From: Eledone cirrhosa
Taxonomy: Eukaryota
NCBI GenBank assembly: GCA_964016885.1
Contig: OZ024741.1
Coordinates: forward strand, 136,214,001 to 136,278,000
Reading direction: 5' to 3'
DNA: 64,000 bases
The translations under genes were made by a program, and so were the position numbers. The notes under the pieces were generated by a model. It saw only the letters and a program-made list of their open reading frames with translations. It was not told where the DNA came from and did not search any database. Positions 1 to 13,340 of the stretch are shown here, in pieces (position 1 is the first letter of the stretch; the number at the start of each line of letters is the position of its first letter).

Positions 1-337
1 GTCCCACTCTCTTAACCAAGATGATATTTACCAAAAAGAAGAACAAGTCAACATCATTGGATACCATCAGGGTTGCAGGTGTTATATCAGAGTTTTCCTT
101 CTCCTAGAATTCTGCCCTGACAAAGGCTAAGGGGTCATCTCTCCCGGTGATTTTGGATGGCCATTGGCTCTTAAGAGCTCCTTTGACAGGTTTTGTTTTT
201 AGTCCTGCAGGATGTCCAAAGTCACCCTCCTCACCAAGAAACCTTGGTGGGGTTGCCAGTTTAGTCGCCAACGACCCGACCATGAGACAGGTTGTACTGG
301 GATACATGTTACCAGTAGCACCAACTGGTGACCTGAC
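1..337 (-). mobile_element. Interspersed repeat, probably the 5' region of an RTE-type LINE (copy 1)
   Basis: Clearly homologous to 55757-56263 (shared gccctgacaaaggcta, caggttttgttttt..tcctgcagg, ccgaccatgagaca..ttgtactggg..tacatg.taccagtagcacc). The RTE 5'UTR identity and orientation are from recollection of such sequences only. Confidence 0.5.
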
Positions 338-390
338 ATATATATACATATATATACATACATACATACATACATATATATATATAAAAA

Positions 391-425
<35 letters not shown>

Positions 426-940
426 TGTATATATAGAATAGAATGAAACGAAATTTCGTTTCTCACTCTTAGTACGGCACTTACTTAAATGCAAGTATGT
501 ATGTATACGTACATACATATATGTATACAGGCGTACAGTAGTATGTATATATATACATACATGCACACATATATATATATGCATGTATCGGTTTACCGAA
601 CATTTATTATAATGCTCGGTTTGTTTGTTTGTAGACAAACAAACAGCCCGAATTACGCCGTACAGTGTTTAGGCAACCACGTCACCTTTTTGTTCGACAC
701 TGACACAGGAACGATGTCCTCCAAGTATTATGTATACAGACGTACAGTAGTATGTATATATATACATACATGCACACATATATATATGCATGTATTGGTA
801 AACCAATACGTGCATATATATATATATGTGCATGTATGTATATATATACATACTACTGTACGTCTGTATACATATATGTATGTACATATACATACATACA
901 TAGTTGCATTGATGTATATATAGATATATATATATTATAT

Positions 941-1105
941 GTCCCAAGGCTCTGATACCATCAACACCATAAACACAGAGCTAGCATATCTAAGAACTGA
1001 CTAACTGTCTGATGAGATCATAGCCATTCAATGGCTATCATCGAAATATATATAGCAGTAAATAAAGGATTATGAGTTTATGCAATTGACTTATGTTTCG
1101 TCATT
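941..1105 (+). mobile_element. Short PLE-derived (pseudo-LTR) fragment with hammerhead, family A-related
   Basis: Unique sequence between TA tracts; contains a hammerhead followed by aataaa; shares GAAATATATATAGCAGT with family A copies. Confidence 0.7.
1004..1059 (+). ncRNA. Minimal type I hammerhead ribozyme motif
   Basis: Stem I actgt/gcagt, core CTGATGA (1009-1015), stem II gatcatagccat-tca-atggctatcatc, GAAA (1043-1046), tatata, TA. Confidence 0.8.
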
Positions 1106-2102
1106 ATATATATATATATATATATATATATAGATATATATATGTTGTCTGTATATATATATATATATATATAATATATATATATGCTGTGTGTGTTTAT
1201 ATATGTGTGTATGTGTAAGCAGTCCCCGAGATTCGTCTGTTCGACTTTTGCATTCAGTGCGCTTCTGAACGCACCCTATTTCATTTCCATACACTAAAAT
1301 TCAAATCACCATACATATTTACTGGATTGTATTAAACGTATGAAATTTACGCCTTCAATTCTTCCTTTTTTATCAACACTTTAAGGACACAATGACATAA
1401 AATGCATGAATAACAATATATTGTATGTAAACATTTCTTTTATATCCTGCAGCGTTGCCTAAAATAGGCTAAAATAGAATCGTAAAATGTGCTTGGTTTT
1501 TTTTTGTTCTTTTTTTTTTTAAATTAGTAAACAGAAAATCATCTACGTTTACCCGGAATATTGTCTCTATAGATTGAAATCCACGAGCAAACACAATAAT
1601 ACTGGATAGGATTTTCCGCTCATTTACCTTTGTAAACAAACCAATGCCATAACAGCTTATTCACAGCACGACGCCATTATACAAAGCAGCGTTTGAAGAT
1701 CTTTTTTTAGCATTTGGGAATTTTTGTGATACAAGCCCCTAACAAAAATGAGTAAAAATATATATAAAATGAGGTTTATTTGAATGGGGAAAAGTATAGG
1801 CCCATAAAACCAATAGAATAAATTTAACAAAGAATATTATTCACGGTACAGAGACTGACAAATATGGTGGCATTAAATATGAACAAATCAACTGTCTTCG
1901 ATTACAAAGGAGAAACACAAAAATAAAGAACAGGTACGTTATGTAGACAATATGTTGGTGACAATTTTCTTAAAAACGAAAAGCACACGAAACCTATAGA
2001 TAAAAGAAAATGCATATTCTATTAAATGAATAAAATGATGACTATTTTATTATATCAGACTACTCGAAACTACCGCTCGTTCTACGATATATATATATAT
2101 AG

Positions 2103-2413
2103 ATTTTGAGTTTATGTTGGTTGTATACCAACACCTCAGTATGCAGGCTGGAGCACTCGACGAAGTGCGCAGGTTGGATTGGTTACTCCAGAGTAGTGTA
2201 AAATAAAGTTAAATAAAAGTCAAATGATTAAAATTTAGCTTCGTTTATTACTGCTATATATATTTCAGTGACAGGCATCTTTGGCTGTGACCTCTTCAGG
2301 CATATTAATTCAAACTGCCTGAAGAGGTCACAGCCAAAGATGGCTGTCACTGAAATATATATAGCAGTAATAAACGAAGCTAAATTTTAATCATTTGACT
2401 TTTATTTAACTTT

Positions 2414-2417
<4 letters not shown>
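2103..2417 (-). mobile_element. Fold-back mini-PLE, family A (inverted arms 2202-2302 / 2316-2416 plus tail 2103-2201)
   Basis: About 101-bp inverted repeat with 13-nt spacer, TA tracts on both sides; near-identical to 49128-49669 in the opposite orientation. Confidence 0.85.
2314..2368 (+). ncRNA. Minimal type I hammerhead ribozyme motif (family A)
   Basis: actgc CTGAAGA ggtcacagcca-aaga-tggctgtcact GAAA tatata TA gcagt. A mirror copy with shortened stem I lies at about 2250-2302 on the minus strand. Confidence 0.8.
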
Positions 2418-2454
<37 letters not shown>

Positions 2455-3075
2455 TATATATATATCTGACATTTTCGGTCAGACTTTTATGCATAAAACG
2501 TTGTGATGTTATGCTACAAACACCAGATAAATAATTATTTCTGAGATTGGCATAAAGTAGGCAATAGGATAAGAGGAAAGGTTGATTATTTCGACTCCAG
2601 TATATGTAATTTATTTTATCGAACCCAGAAAGATGAAAGTCAAAAGTGACTCCGGTGTTATTTGAACTTACTAAATACACGGAAGCTTTTTGTGCGACGC
2701 TCTGAGAATACTGCGAATCCATCGCCCTAAACTCCAGATTATTAACGAGAACACTAATTACTTTACTAAATCTCTTCAAATTGTTGTTTTCAGAATTATT
2801 TAGAAATTATCGACAGTGCCTATCATTAGAAACACAGTAAGGAGAGTATTAAAGAAATTCGCTATTGTCATATTCGAGGCAAGGATATCTGTTTGTTTGC
2901 AAATTCGAGGAAGACTTAAAAGCAAAGCATCACATCTGAGGTTTTAATAGTTCTGCCAACCCACCCTGCAGGAATGACATTTCTTTCATTTATCGACCTA
3001 TACCAGATAAAATGCTAAGTTGGTCCCGGCTGAATTTGACCTAATGCATAGAGCCGAAACAAATAACACCATGTA

Positions 3076-3240
<165 letters not shown>

Positions 3241-4155
3241 AGAATGTGTGTGTATGTGTGCAATTGTGACCATCAACTAGGCGAAAATTGATATAGAATA
3301 ACTGATCTAACTCAGCTCTAATTATAGTGATCGATCGTCAGATACTACTTGCAGCCTGTAAAACACATAACACTATTTATGCACGTATATTCATAACAGA
3401 AATAATGTTTCTGATCTCGTGTCCACCAAATATAAGTGTATACTGGAATTATCATGCAATCATCTGCTAAGTGAAAAATTTACAAAACTGAATATTATAC
3501 ATATTTTTTTCAGGATGACAAATAACAAACTGAATATTGATGGAGCTTATGAAAGCTTAAAACTTTTTAGGCTTAGAATATCTTTGATGCATTACATTTG
3601 GTAGGAACACAAAAAAAGAGATGATGGTGATGATGGTGATGATGATAATAATACAAGAAGGAAAGCCCTATTATTTGGGAGTTGCCAATGCAGCATATTG
3701 TTGTTTTTCCTTTTTCAATTCACTGAATCGATTTTTTCTTTCTATCGATTTGTACTACCTATACGTCGTGTTGAACAGTATACATAGAAAAGGACACACA
3801 CATACACACACGCGCGCACACGCACACATTCTTACATACACACACACACTCGCACACTCACACACACACACACACACACTCACATACGTGTCTGTATACG
3901 CGTGTTGATTTAAATTTTATGTGTATGTTTTAGGCTTACTATTCTCCCGGATTCTCATTCCCTTGTATTAAGAAGAAACAGATTTTTACATCGACTTTCC
4001 AACAATCCCATCGCTGTAATTATTGTGCTTGTCTTCATTCCCTATTAATTTACACACCACCTCTTGTTACCCCAATCATTAACGTTTTATTTTTGATGCC
4101 TGGTTTCCTATTGTTTGTATATATACATACATATACTTCAGTCCTATTTTGTATA

Positions 4156-4290
<135 letters not shown>

Positions 4291-4388
4291 ATATATATGT
4301 ATATATATATATGTATATATATATATATTTCGTTTCTGAATTTGTTTAGCAAGATTCTTTATCTGAAATCGTGTGTTGAAACCGATAT

Positions 4389-4448
4389 TGTTATACTTTG
4401 GGAGGGTCATGTTGCCAATAAGAAACACACGCACCAGTGCTTTCACTT
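4389..4448 (-). mobile_element. Solo 3' end of the PLE at 21834-23080
   Basis: Reverse complement matches 23019-23080 (aagtgaaagc.actggtgcgtgtgtttcttattggcaacatgaccctcccaaagtataacaa). Confidence 0.85.
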
Positions 4449-4703
4449 ATATATGTATGTATATATATATATATGTATATATGTATATACATATGTATGC
4501 ATATCTATATAAATATATGTATATATGTATACATGTATATATATGTATATAAATATATGTATACATATATGTATGTATATAAATATATGTATGTATATGT
4601 ATGTATATAAATATATGTATATATATATATGTATATACATATGTATATATATATGTATATATACATGTATATATATATGTATTTATATGTATATATATAT
4701 ATA

Positions 4704-4734
<31 letters not shown>

Positions 4735-4738
4735 GTAT

Positions 4739-4931
4739 AACGAAGGAAATGTGGTAAGGAACCAGGTGGACCATAACGCACCAAAGTACTCAATACTTAG
4801 GGTAGTAGAGTGGGTAATAGGAACAAGTAAGACCCCGACGGCTGAGCTCAAGCCGTTTCGACGGCTATTTCTGGACAGAATTAGCCGTTGAAACGGCTTG
4901 AGCTCAGCCGTCGGGGTCTTACTTCTTCCTA
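4739..4931 (-). mobile_element. Fold-back mini-element, family B (arms 4818-4872 / 4877-4931 plus tail)
   Basis: About 55-bp inverted repeat, TA-flanked; homologous copies at 24961, 29557, 44137 and 56807; carries what looks like the 3' half of a hammerhead (helix strand-GAAA-cggc). Confidence 0.8.
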
Positions 4932-4933
4932 TA

Positions 4934-4993
<60 letters not shown>

Positions 4994-5593
4994 TATATAT
5001 ATACATATATATATGTATATATATGTATATATATATGTATATATATGTATATATATGTATATATGTATATACATATGTATATACTGTATATGTATATAAA
5101 TATATGTATACATATATATGTATACATGTATATATATATGTACATACATATTTATATATATACATATATTTATATACATATATATAGATGTATAGATATA
5201 TATGTATACATATATGTATATACATATACTGTATATACATATGTATATACATATATACATATATATATATACATATATATATACATATATATACATATAT
5301 ATATACATATATACATATATATACATATATATATACATATATATACATATATATATACATGTATATATACATATATATATACATATGTATATACATATAT
5401 ATATATACATATATGTATATACATATATATAAATATAACTATATATATATATATATATATATGTATATAAATATATGTATATGTATGTATATAAATATAT
5501 GTATGTATATAAATATATGTATATATATATGTATATACATATATGTATATATATATAAATATATGTATATATATATGTATATACATATGTATA

Positions 5594-5689
<96 letters not shown>

Positions 5690-5702
5690 GATGTATATTA
5701 TA

Positions 5703-5734
<32 letters not shown>

Positions 5735-5744
5735 CATATATATA

Positions 5745-5776
<32 letters not shown>

Positions 5777-5778
5777 AA

Positions 5779-5842
<64 letters not shown>

Positions 5843-5953
5843 AATGTATATATATATATATGTATGTATATATATATATGTATGTATATATGTATATTCA
5901 TATGTACATATATGTATATACATGTATATATGTGTGTGTGTGTGCGCGTGTGC

Positions 5954-6024
<71 letters not shown>

Positions 6025-6923
6025 TATAATACACGTGTGTATATATCTATATATGTATTTGATTTCTAGTTTCGTATTTTTTTTATACATGTATATATTC
6101 GTTTCGTGATCTTTTTTCTTTTCGTTCTTTTGCTTATTACCATTTTTTGTTCCTGTTCCATTCATTGAACGAGTGAACATGAATTCGCGCTTATTCTCTC
6201 TTTCTCTCTCTCTAACTCTCTCTCTTCCGTCTATGCTCTCTGTTTATTTTATTTCTTTCATTGTATTGCTAGCTCTGTTCTTTAATAGTCTCTCTGCTAT
6301 CTCGTTTTTCTTCGTTTTCTTCCTTTTTTTTCACATTTTTTTTCTCCCACCCCCATTTTTCATTCATTCATTTGATCATTTGGTTTCATTATATTTGTCT
6401 TCCTTCCAAAGAGAGAAGAGGAATTCAGCATTAAAATAAATAAATAAAGTATAACAATATAAGTCACTTAAGAGTGTATGAAAGAAGGAGATATTTTGAA
6501 GCGGAATTAATGCGAGTAGAGAAGTATATGTGCTCTTTGTTCCTTTGTCCCGGCTCTACTTTTGTTTACTCCTCATGAAAATTGGATGAAGGAACAAGGA
6601 GTGGATATGTATGTAGATTGGTATATATATATATATATGTGAGTGTGTGTGTGTGTAGATATATATATGTATATGTGTATGTGTCTATGAAGAAATGACT
6701 TTAAGGTGGTGTCTCCTACAAAGAGATTGATAATAGTGACATGTATGTACTCTTCTATGTAGTCATGTGTGGACTCATAAAAAAATAACAAGGAAGGAAA
6801 ACATAGTCATGGTGTCTCCATGATGGAAATGAAAAAAAAATGGGTAACATTTCGATTCTTTCTTTCTTTTTACATATATGCATACACACACATTTTAACT
6901 ACGTGCATGTATACATACAAATT

Positions 6924-6980
<57 letters not shown>

Positions 6981-7384
6981 AATAGAGCAAAAACAAACTA
7001 TAGACAGCGTGTTACAAATATTTTCCTACATTGAAGCCCTGAAAACATCGAGAATTATGGAATCATGAGACGCAGGAGACAGTGAAGAATAAATATATAT
7101 GGAAAGACCAGTGCTATCAAAGCTTTAAACAATTACATAACGAAGCTGTCTTAGTGAATGCACCGATTGGGAAATCAGTGTTTTATATTCAATATTCACT
7201 TTCAATAATTCTATTGAAGCTAACAGTAAACTGCCATCGTCAGCCTAAATGCAATATATTACAGATCCACAAAAGATAAGATATGAACTCCTCCTCAGAA
7301 AAGACCATAATGTTTCAGCAGAGTATTATACAAATTCAAATTTTCTGCGAGATATTTGAATTTATATACTGCACTACTAACCAA

Positions 7385-7800
7385 TGTGGACGCAGCATAG
7401 CCGAACGGTTGAGAAGTTCGTTTTGCAATCATTATTTCTAGGGTTCGGTGCGGAGGATTGGCAGCATCGGTAGAGGGTCGAACGCCATGCTTTGCAGCAT
7501 AGACTTACGGCCCTTTATGATCTGAGTTCAAATCCCGCTGATATTAACTTTGCCTTTCATCCTTACGGGGTCGATAAAATAAAGTACCAGTCAAGCACTG
7601 GGGTCGATTTAATCGACCCCCCCCCCCCAATAAAAAAGAAAATTGCTGGCCTTGTGTCTATTTCAGAAACCATTATTTCTTGAGTTCGAGCCCACTAAAT
7701 GAAATCTTGAGTACGTGTCATTTCCCATAGGCTTGTGTTAACTCATGTCGTCTAAGTAAACTTGGGTAGACGTAAATTGTTTGGAAGCCTGTCCGATGGC
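7385..7800 (+). mobile_element. Old tRNA-derived SINE interrupted by a second SINE
   Basis: A-box-like tagccgaacgg and B-box-like ggttcg/gagttcgagccc; split by 7448-7678 with cattatttct.g.gttcg duplicated on both sides. Related minus-strand copy at about 17460-17590. Confidence 0.55.
7448..7678 (+). mobile_element. tRNA-derived SINE, family S1 (long form)
   Basis: A box ttggcagcatcgg, B box gagttcaaatcc, body gcctttcatccttacggggtcgataaaataaagtaccag (resembles the Meta/MESC-type SINE domain, from memory). Confidence 0.85.
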
Positions 7801-8704
7801 CTGTACATCTAATACAAAGGGGCCTTATTGCGTCACACTAAATCTCCCTAGAACTATGTTGATTGAACAATTGGAACCTTCATGCTCTATTCCACAAGCT
7901 CAAGCCGAATAATTGGTCGTTCGTGCAACTATAAATAACATTATTCTCTCTCTCTCTCAAATCAGTTATCTTAGTTGGGTAAAGGGAAGGCATTAGAAAC
8001 TAGCTTTAAACACTCCACACCCAGTAAAATTTCGGAAGGGTCACATTTGTAATGTCTTGAGCATTTTAACTTGGCGTAGTTCCATCCCTCTCCGGGCCTG
8101 AACAACCAAGTATTTCCAAGGAAAGAGAAAGAGTGAGAGAGCAAGAGAGAGAGGGGGGATAGTTAAAGAATTGATCGTAGTAATTGACTCATACTTTATT
8201 TATCGACTTCTGTCTATAAGGATATTAAAAGAAATACTCATTCTTGGATCGGCCAAACTACCTAATGTCCTTATACCTCGCTAGTCTACATGTGCTCCTA
8301 TTTTTCCCTTGATTCTGTCTCTTATTTTATTATTTTCGATTTGACTCGGATTCCGGGCAGCCTACGCGTGCACAGGATTATAGGCACAAATTGTGTCGAA
8401 TTCGGATGGATGGAAGGCAAAGTTGATCCTCAGTGGTATTTCATCTCCGATCCTAGCGAGGTTAAATAAATTATTTGTCCGACGCTGTAACGATTCTGCC
8501 AAACAGCTGAACTCCAGTTTTCTCACCTTCTCCGTACTATGGAGGAGGTACATTAATTTAATTTTTTTGTTACGTCTGAGCCACAATTTTGCGAGCTTCC
8601 AACCTCTAACGAATCGACTATGCTCCCACTTGTACGAGTCATTATTTTCGTCGCGTCGGTAGTCAAGTGCTTCTATAACTTTGTTAGACCTGCCAGAATG
8701 TATC

Positions 8705-8884
8705 CCCTGTCGACATAGATACCGGACTGACATTCCCACTATTCTGACACCCTGTCACGATAGCTATCAGATAGACATTGACACTCTTGCGACACCCTGT
8801 CACCATAGGTACCGGACTGTCATTTCCAATATTGCGATAGCCCGTCATTATAGCTACCGGACAGACATTGCCACTGTTGCTCCA
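8705..8884. repeat. 45-bp minisatellite, 4 units
   Basis: ccctgtc-like anchor recurs at 8705, 8750, 8795 and 8840. Confidence 0.85.
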
Positions 8885-9995
8885 CTATGAGACACTGAAG
8901 TAGGATTTCGCAGAATAAGATTTGATAAATTTATTAAATTGCCTTATGAACATCTAAAATGTTTATACGTGAAATACAGCAATATTAGAATCTAATGGTT
9001 CCGAAAATGCGTCTCGTCACATTGGTGCGCCACAGGATGTAATTAATTGCGCCATAAAATATGAAGCATCCAAATTTAAATATATCATAAAGTTCATATA
9101 CAATTGTCAAAGGAAAACCTGTTAAAAACAAAACAAAAATAAATAAATAAACAAGAAAGAAATTAAGCAACAAAAGAAGGGACTGTTGGGACGAAGCAAC
9201 AGACAGCTCAGCCCAGATTGAGCGGCATGCTACAATGGCTTTCTGCATACAAAATGCCGAAGGCATTGCCGTGGAGTATGGCCAGGGACACATGCCTCAC
9301 AACTACCCTCATCCATTTCTGCAGTATTCATTGTGGAAGTGTGTGTGTGTGTGTGTGTTGAGGGACCAAGCCTTGTTCAAAAAGTTTTAAGTGAACGAAG
9401 CCAACAAAATCTCACAGCAGAAATTAAGTGATATTATGGCGATCACAAATGAACTAATTTCACTCTAGGGGATAATGCACTTTCTGATGGAATACCTTCA
9501 GATTATTAAACTGATTAAAACATTATACTCTTTTAATCTTTACTGTTTTACTTGTTTCACTCACTAGACTACGGTCTCAGTCTTAAATGAATTTTAGTTG
9601 ATCATATCAACTCAAGTCCTTATTTTTTTTTAAAGTCTGGAACTTCTTTTATGGATTTCTCCACTATCACTCCTTAACCACATGGCCATGCATGCACCTC
9701 TGTTACATGTTTAGAATTATTGATTTATAATTTACATACAAGTCCAACAATTTCAGAGGAGAGAAAGTCGCTTACGTTGACCTCAGTACATTACTGGTGC
9801 TTTGTTTTATTGACTACGGAAGTATGAAACGTAATGTTGACCATGGTATGACCGTGGGATTTCAACTCAGAACTGAAAGGGCTGTAACAATATCCTGCTA
9901 CATAATTACTAAACTTAAACCCCTGTAAATTTTATTTTTTTCCATTCAGTATTTAACAAAATGTTTTTCACATTAGTGAGATTAATGCAGCAGAT

Positions 9996-10180
9996 AATTG
10001 TTTCTACCTTTGGCACAAGGCCAGCAATTATCCAGTACATTACTGGTACTTTATTTTATCGACCCCGCAAGGATGAAAGGCAAAGTCAACCTCGGCGGGA
10101 TTTGAACTCAGATCGTAAAGGGACGTAACTATGCTGGAAAGCATGGCGTCCGACCCTCTACCGATACTGCCAATCCACCG
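9996..10180 (-). mobile_element. SINE S1 (short young form)
   Basis: Near-identical to other S1 copies; agataat on both flanks. Confidence 0.9.
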
Positions 10181-10521
10181 AAGATAATGATACGTGCTTC
10201 TTTACATTCATATTTCTTTGTAATATAAGAAGACGCTCGGAAAGGGATGGGCAGCGGCAAGCATTTCTAAGGCCCAGTGAAATGGCATGGGGCACACTGC
10301 CAAAAGTCTAGAGTGATATCCTAATGACTGGCTGTACCAGTTAAAAGAAAATGGGCATCGGTAAGCATTTCTAAGGTCCACAGATGACTAATGACTGGTT
10401 GCAGTAGTTACAGGAACTAAATTGAATGTAAGAAGATTACGTCGAGAATGGAAAGTAAATAAACTAGGAATGCAGTAATTAATCCAATGTTAAGTGTCAG
10501 GTTTCGGGACTGAGAGATAAT

Positions 10522-10709
10522 AATTGTTTCTAATTTTGGCACAAGGCCAGCAATTATCCAGTACAATACTGTTACTTTATTTTATCGACCCGGTAAGGAT
10601 GAAAGGCAAAGTTAACCTCGGCGGGTTTTGAACTCAGTCCGTAAAGGGACGTAACTGTGCTGCAAAGCATGGCGTCCGGCCCTCTACCGATACTGCAAAT
10701 CCACCACCC
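10522..10709 (-). mobile_element. SINE S1 (short young form)
   Basis: Near-identical to 9996-10180. Confidence 0.9.
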
Positions 10710-11155
10710 TAATAATACACACAGAATGTGATCGCTGAAGAAGTGCCAGTTATATTAGCGAAATGGATGTAGAAGCAGGACGAGTGATGCATTAAGACCA
10801 ACTACACAGCCGCCAAGAGAAAAAACCTCAATGGTACGGATTACTGAACCTTAAAGGATCACAGTTTGATTAAGAAATTGTACAATTAAATTAAATGATA
10901 TAACAAATCCCTGCAATCAATAAATTAATCCAAAATCATCTTTACTACGTAACTCTGTTGTGAAAATATCTGATGCGGCGGAGAGAGTCGTATGGTGTTA
11001 TAACCTCTCACATGATTTCGTGTGGAGGAATGCGGACCGTATTTTAGAATATGCAGGCTTAGTAATGTTGTTGGTATGGTCAAAAACTACATTGACTAGC
11101 TTACCAAACTGTAACTTGAAATTATCATTTATTTATTTTGTTTATTTATTGAGAA

Positions 11156-11995
11156 CTAGCAGTAAAGCCCGGCGTTGCTCGGGGTCGCTCAGTAGCTGTG
11201 TTAAAGTTACAATGTTAAGTTTCTTTCTTGGCTTAAAAACTGTAGTGTCTACTGTGCAGACTTGCATGTGGTGTTTTTGATTAATATTCCCTCAACCAAC
11301 AATATGCCTTATGAAGTTAAGAAAACATAACGATAACCCGAATGTTATAACAAAAGAGGATGCTGGGGATAGAAACTGCACTGGTTATTTATTAACAAAG
11401 ATCGAAAATGTAAATACTGCAACGCAGAGAAAAACATTAACGTAACCAAATTATCAGTTATGTCTGTCTGCACGCCTATATCACCTCTCTGCACGACTGT
11501 CTGTCTGCACGCCTATATCACCTCTCTGCACGACTGTCTGTCTGCACGACTGTCTGTCTGCACGCCTAACGACGAAATATTTGCTTGTTTTACGTAGTCT
11601 TTAAATAGACTTGTTTTCAAGTAAAAATATTGTTTTAAAATGCTTTTAAATGGAAATGAAGCAAAACGGAAGCTTAGTGTTCGAACTGATGAATTTTGCA
11701 GGTCAATATTTTGCTGGCTCGACAACTGTTAAAGCCAGCGTAATTTTTTTACGTAAGACGCTCAATGTAAACAGAACAAAGGGAAATAACTGATAACTTA
11801 CGCTCAAAAATCGATACATTATATTCGATTTCGTCACATAGGGTGGGTCAATTTGAAATTTTTTTTTCCGATGTCTTCGCTAGGGCTCAATGTACAAGTA
11901 TAGCAATTTCGGTGCAATTCCGTGAGAGATTCTAAGAGGAGATGTGTGCCAAAAATCGATAGACAGACAGACAACCACAGTTTTATATATATAGA
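11156..11995 (-). mobile_element. Non-autonomous Helitron, both ends intact
   Basis: Minus strand reads A|TCTATATATATAAAACTG...CCCGAGCAACGCCGGG (hairpin) CTTTACTG CTAG|T: 5'-TC, subterminal hairpin, 3'-CTAG, inserted between A and T with no TSD. Internal tandem repeats at 11461-11566. Confidence 0.85.
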
Positions 11996-13279
11996 TGAGA
12001 CGTATACATTTGAGAAGTGGTGTTTATTTTCGAGCTAGCCGAAGGTCCTAAATACCTAGGCAACGGCTTTATGTAAAGGTAAATATGCAGTTAGCTTCCT
12101 AGATAAGAAGAATAAGACAGCTGTGCTTGAAGATTGATAGTGAAAGGTGTGAAATATTCCAACATTAAATGACACACTTCTGTCTTCAGCTCATTTGTAT
12201 ATTGCCTTTAAGATTTAAGTCCCGTGATCGGTATGTAGAATAATCAGGTTTCTTGATTTTCGATGATACTTTCGTATTGTCAGAAAATCTAGTGAAAGAG
12301 GAAATGTTCTTTCTAAAGCAGCTATTTCTCTCCCTTATCTATCTATATCATCTCTCAATAGCAGCTATTTTTTTGGACAGTTGAAATGGTTCGTCTAGTC
12401 AAATTTCTATGCTATATGAAAGTAATCACATTCAGCTAACCTCCCCACAGATCCCATTATATCTCTGCAAAATATCTTTCCAATTCGTTATCTCATTATT
12501 AGATACCATTCACTTAAAACAACATAGGCCCTTAAAGAAACAGCTCAATTTTCTTCGCTGCTAATAATGTTTTATGAATATTAGTTGTAGATTGGTAAAA
12601 ACGGAGGAGCGAACAAATGCTTTGCGGTATCTGTTCAGTTCAAATCCTGATGATCATTGTCGTTCACTTGTCCAGGGTTGATTAAATAAAATACCAGTCA
12701 AATACCAAGATCGATTTGATCGACTTTAAAAATGGTTGGCCTTGTACCTAAACCATTATTAAATCTTATGAATCGACTTTAACAGGTAGTTTACATAATC
12801 TGATATTAATACCAAAACGTAAACATCAGTTACTAATCTTATCACAAAATAATAATTACCACTGGCAACATGATTATGGTGGTGGGTCCTCAGTCGGTTT
12901 GGAAGATGAGCATCCATTCTTTCAATCAATTAAACGTCCAACTCGAGAATTAACGTGTTAATTGGTTTTGACTCCCACAGACATGTGTACATTTAACATA
13001 ATTCTAGCGCAGTATCATTGTGACAAGTCTGTACCTTTGAATTACGGGTGCAATCTAATCGACAGACTCTTAAATAGGTGGTAGAAAGCATATCTTTTAA
13101 CATAGCAAATACCCCAATAAATTAATGTTCAAGAGGCTGAGCATTCAACAGAAACGTGTAGATGCGTCAGGGAGATTCTCAAGATTATTCATGCCATTTC
13201 TTTCTCAAATGAAGCTCTTCTTTCATGATTAATGCGTCTTTCACTACATTCATGCAAAGGTCCTCAACATACATATATC

Positions 13280-13340
<61 letters not shown>

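Noticed and set aside
205-337. HDV-like ribozyme in the putative LINE 5' region (ggtcacc/ggtgact pairing)
   Set aside because: P3/L3 and P1.1 elements are not found in the required positions.
9151-9360. Open frame DCWDEATDSSAQIERH... in a GC-richer patch
   Set aside because: No recognisable domain and no convincing splice acceptor; it ends in a TG repeat.
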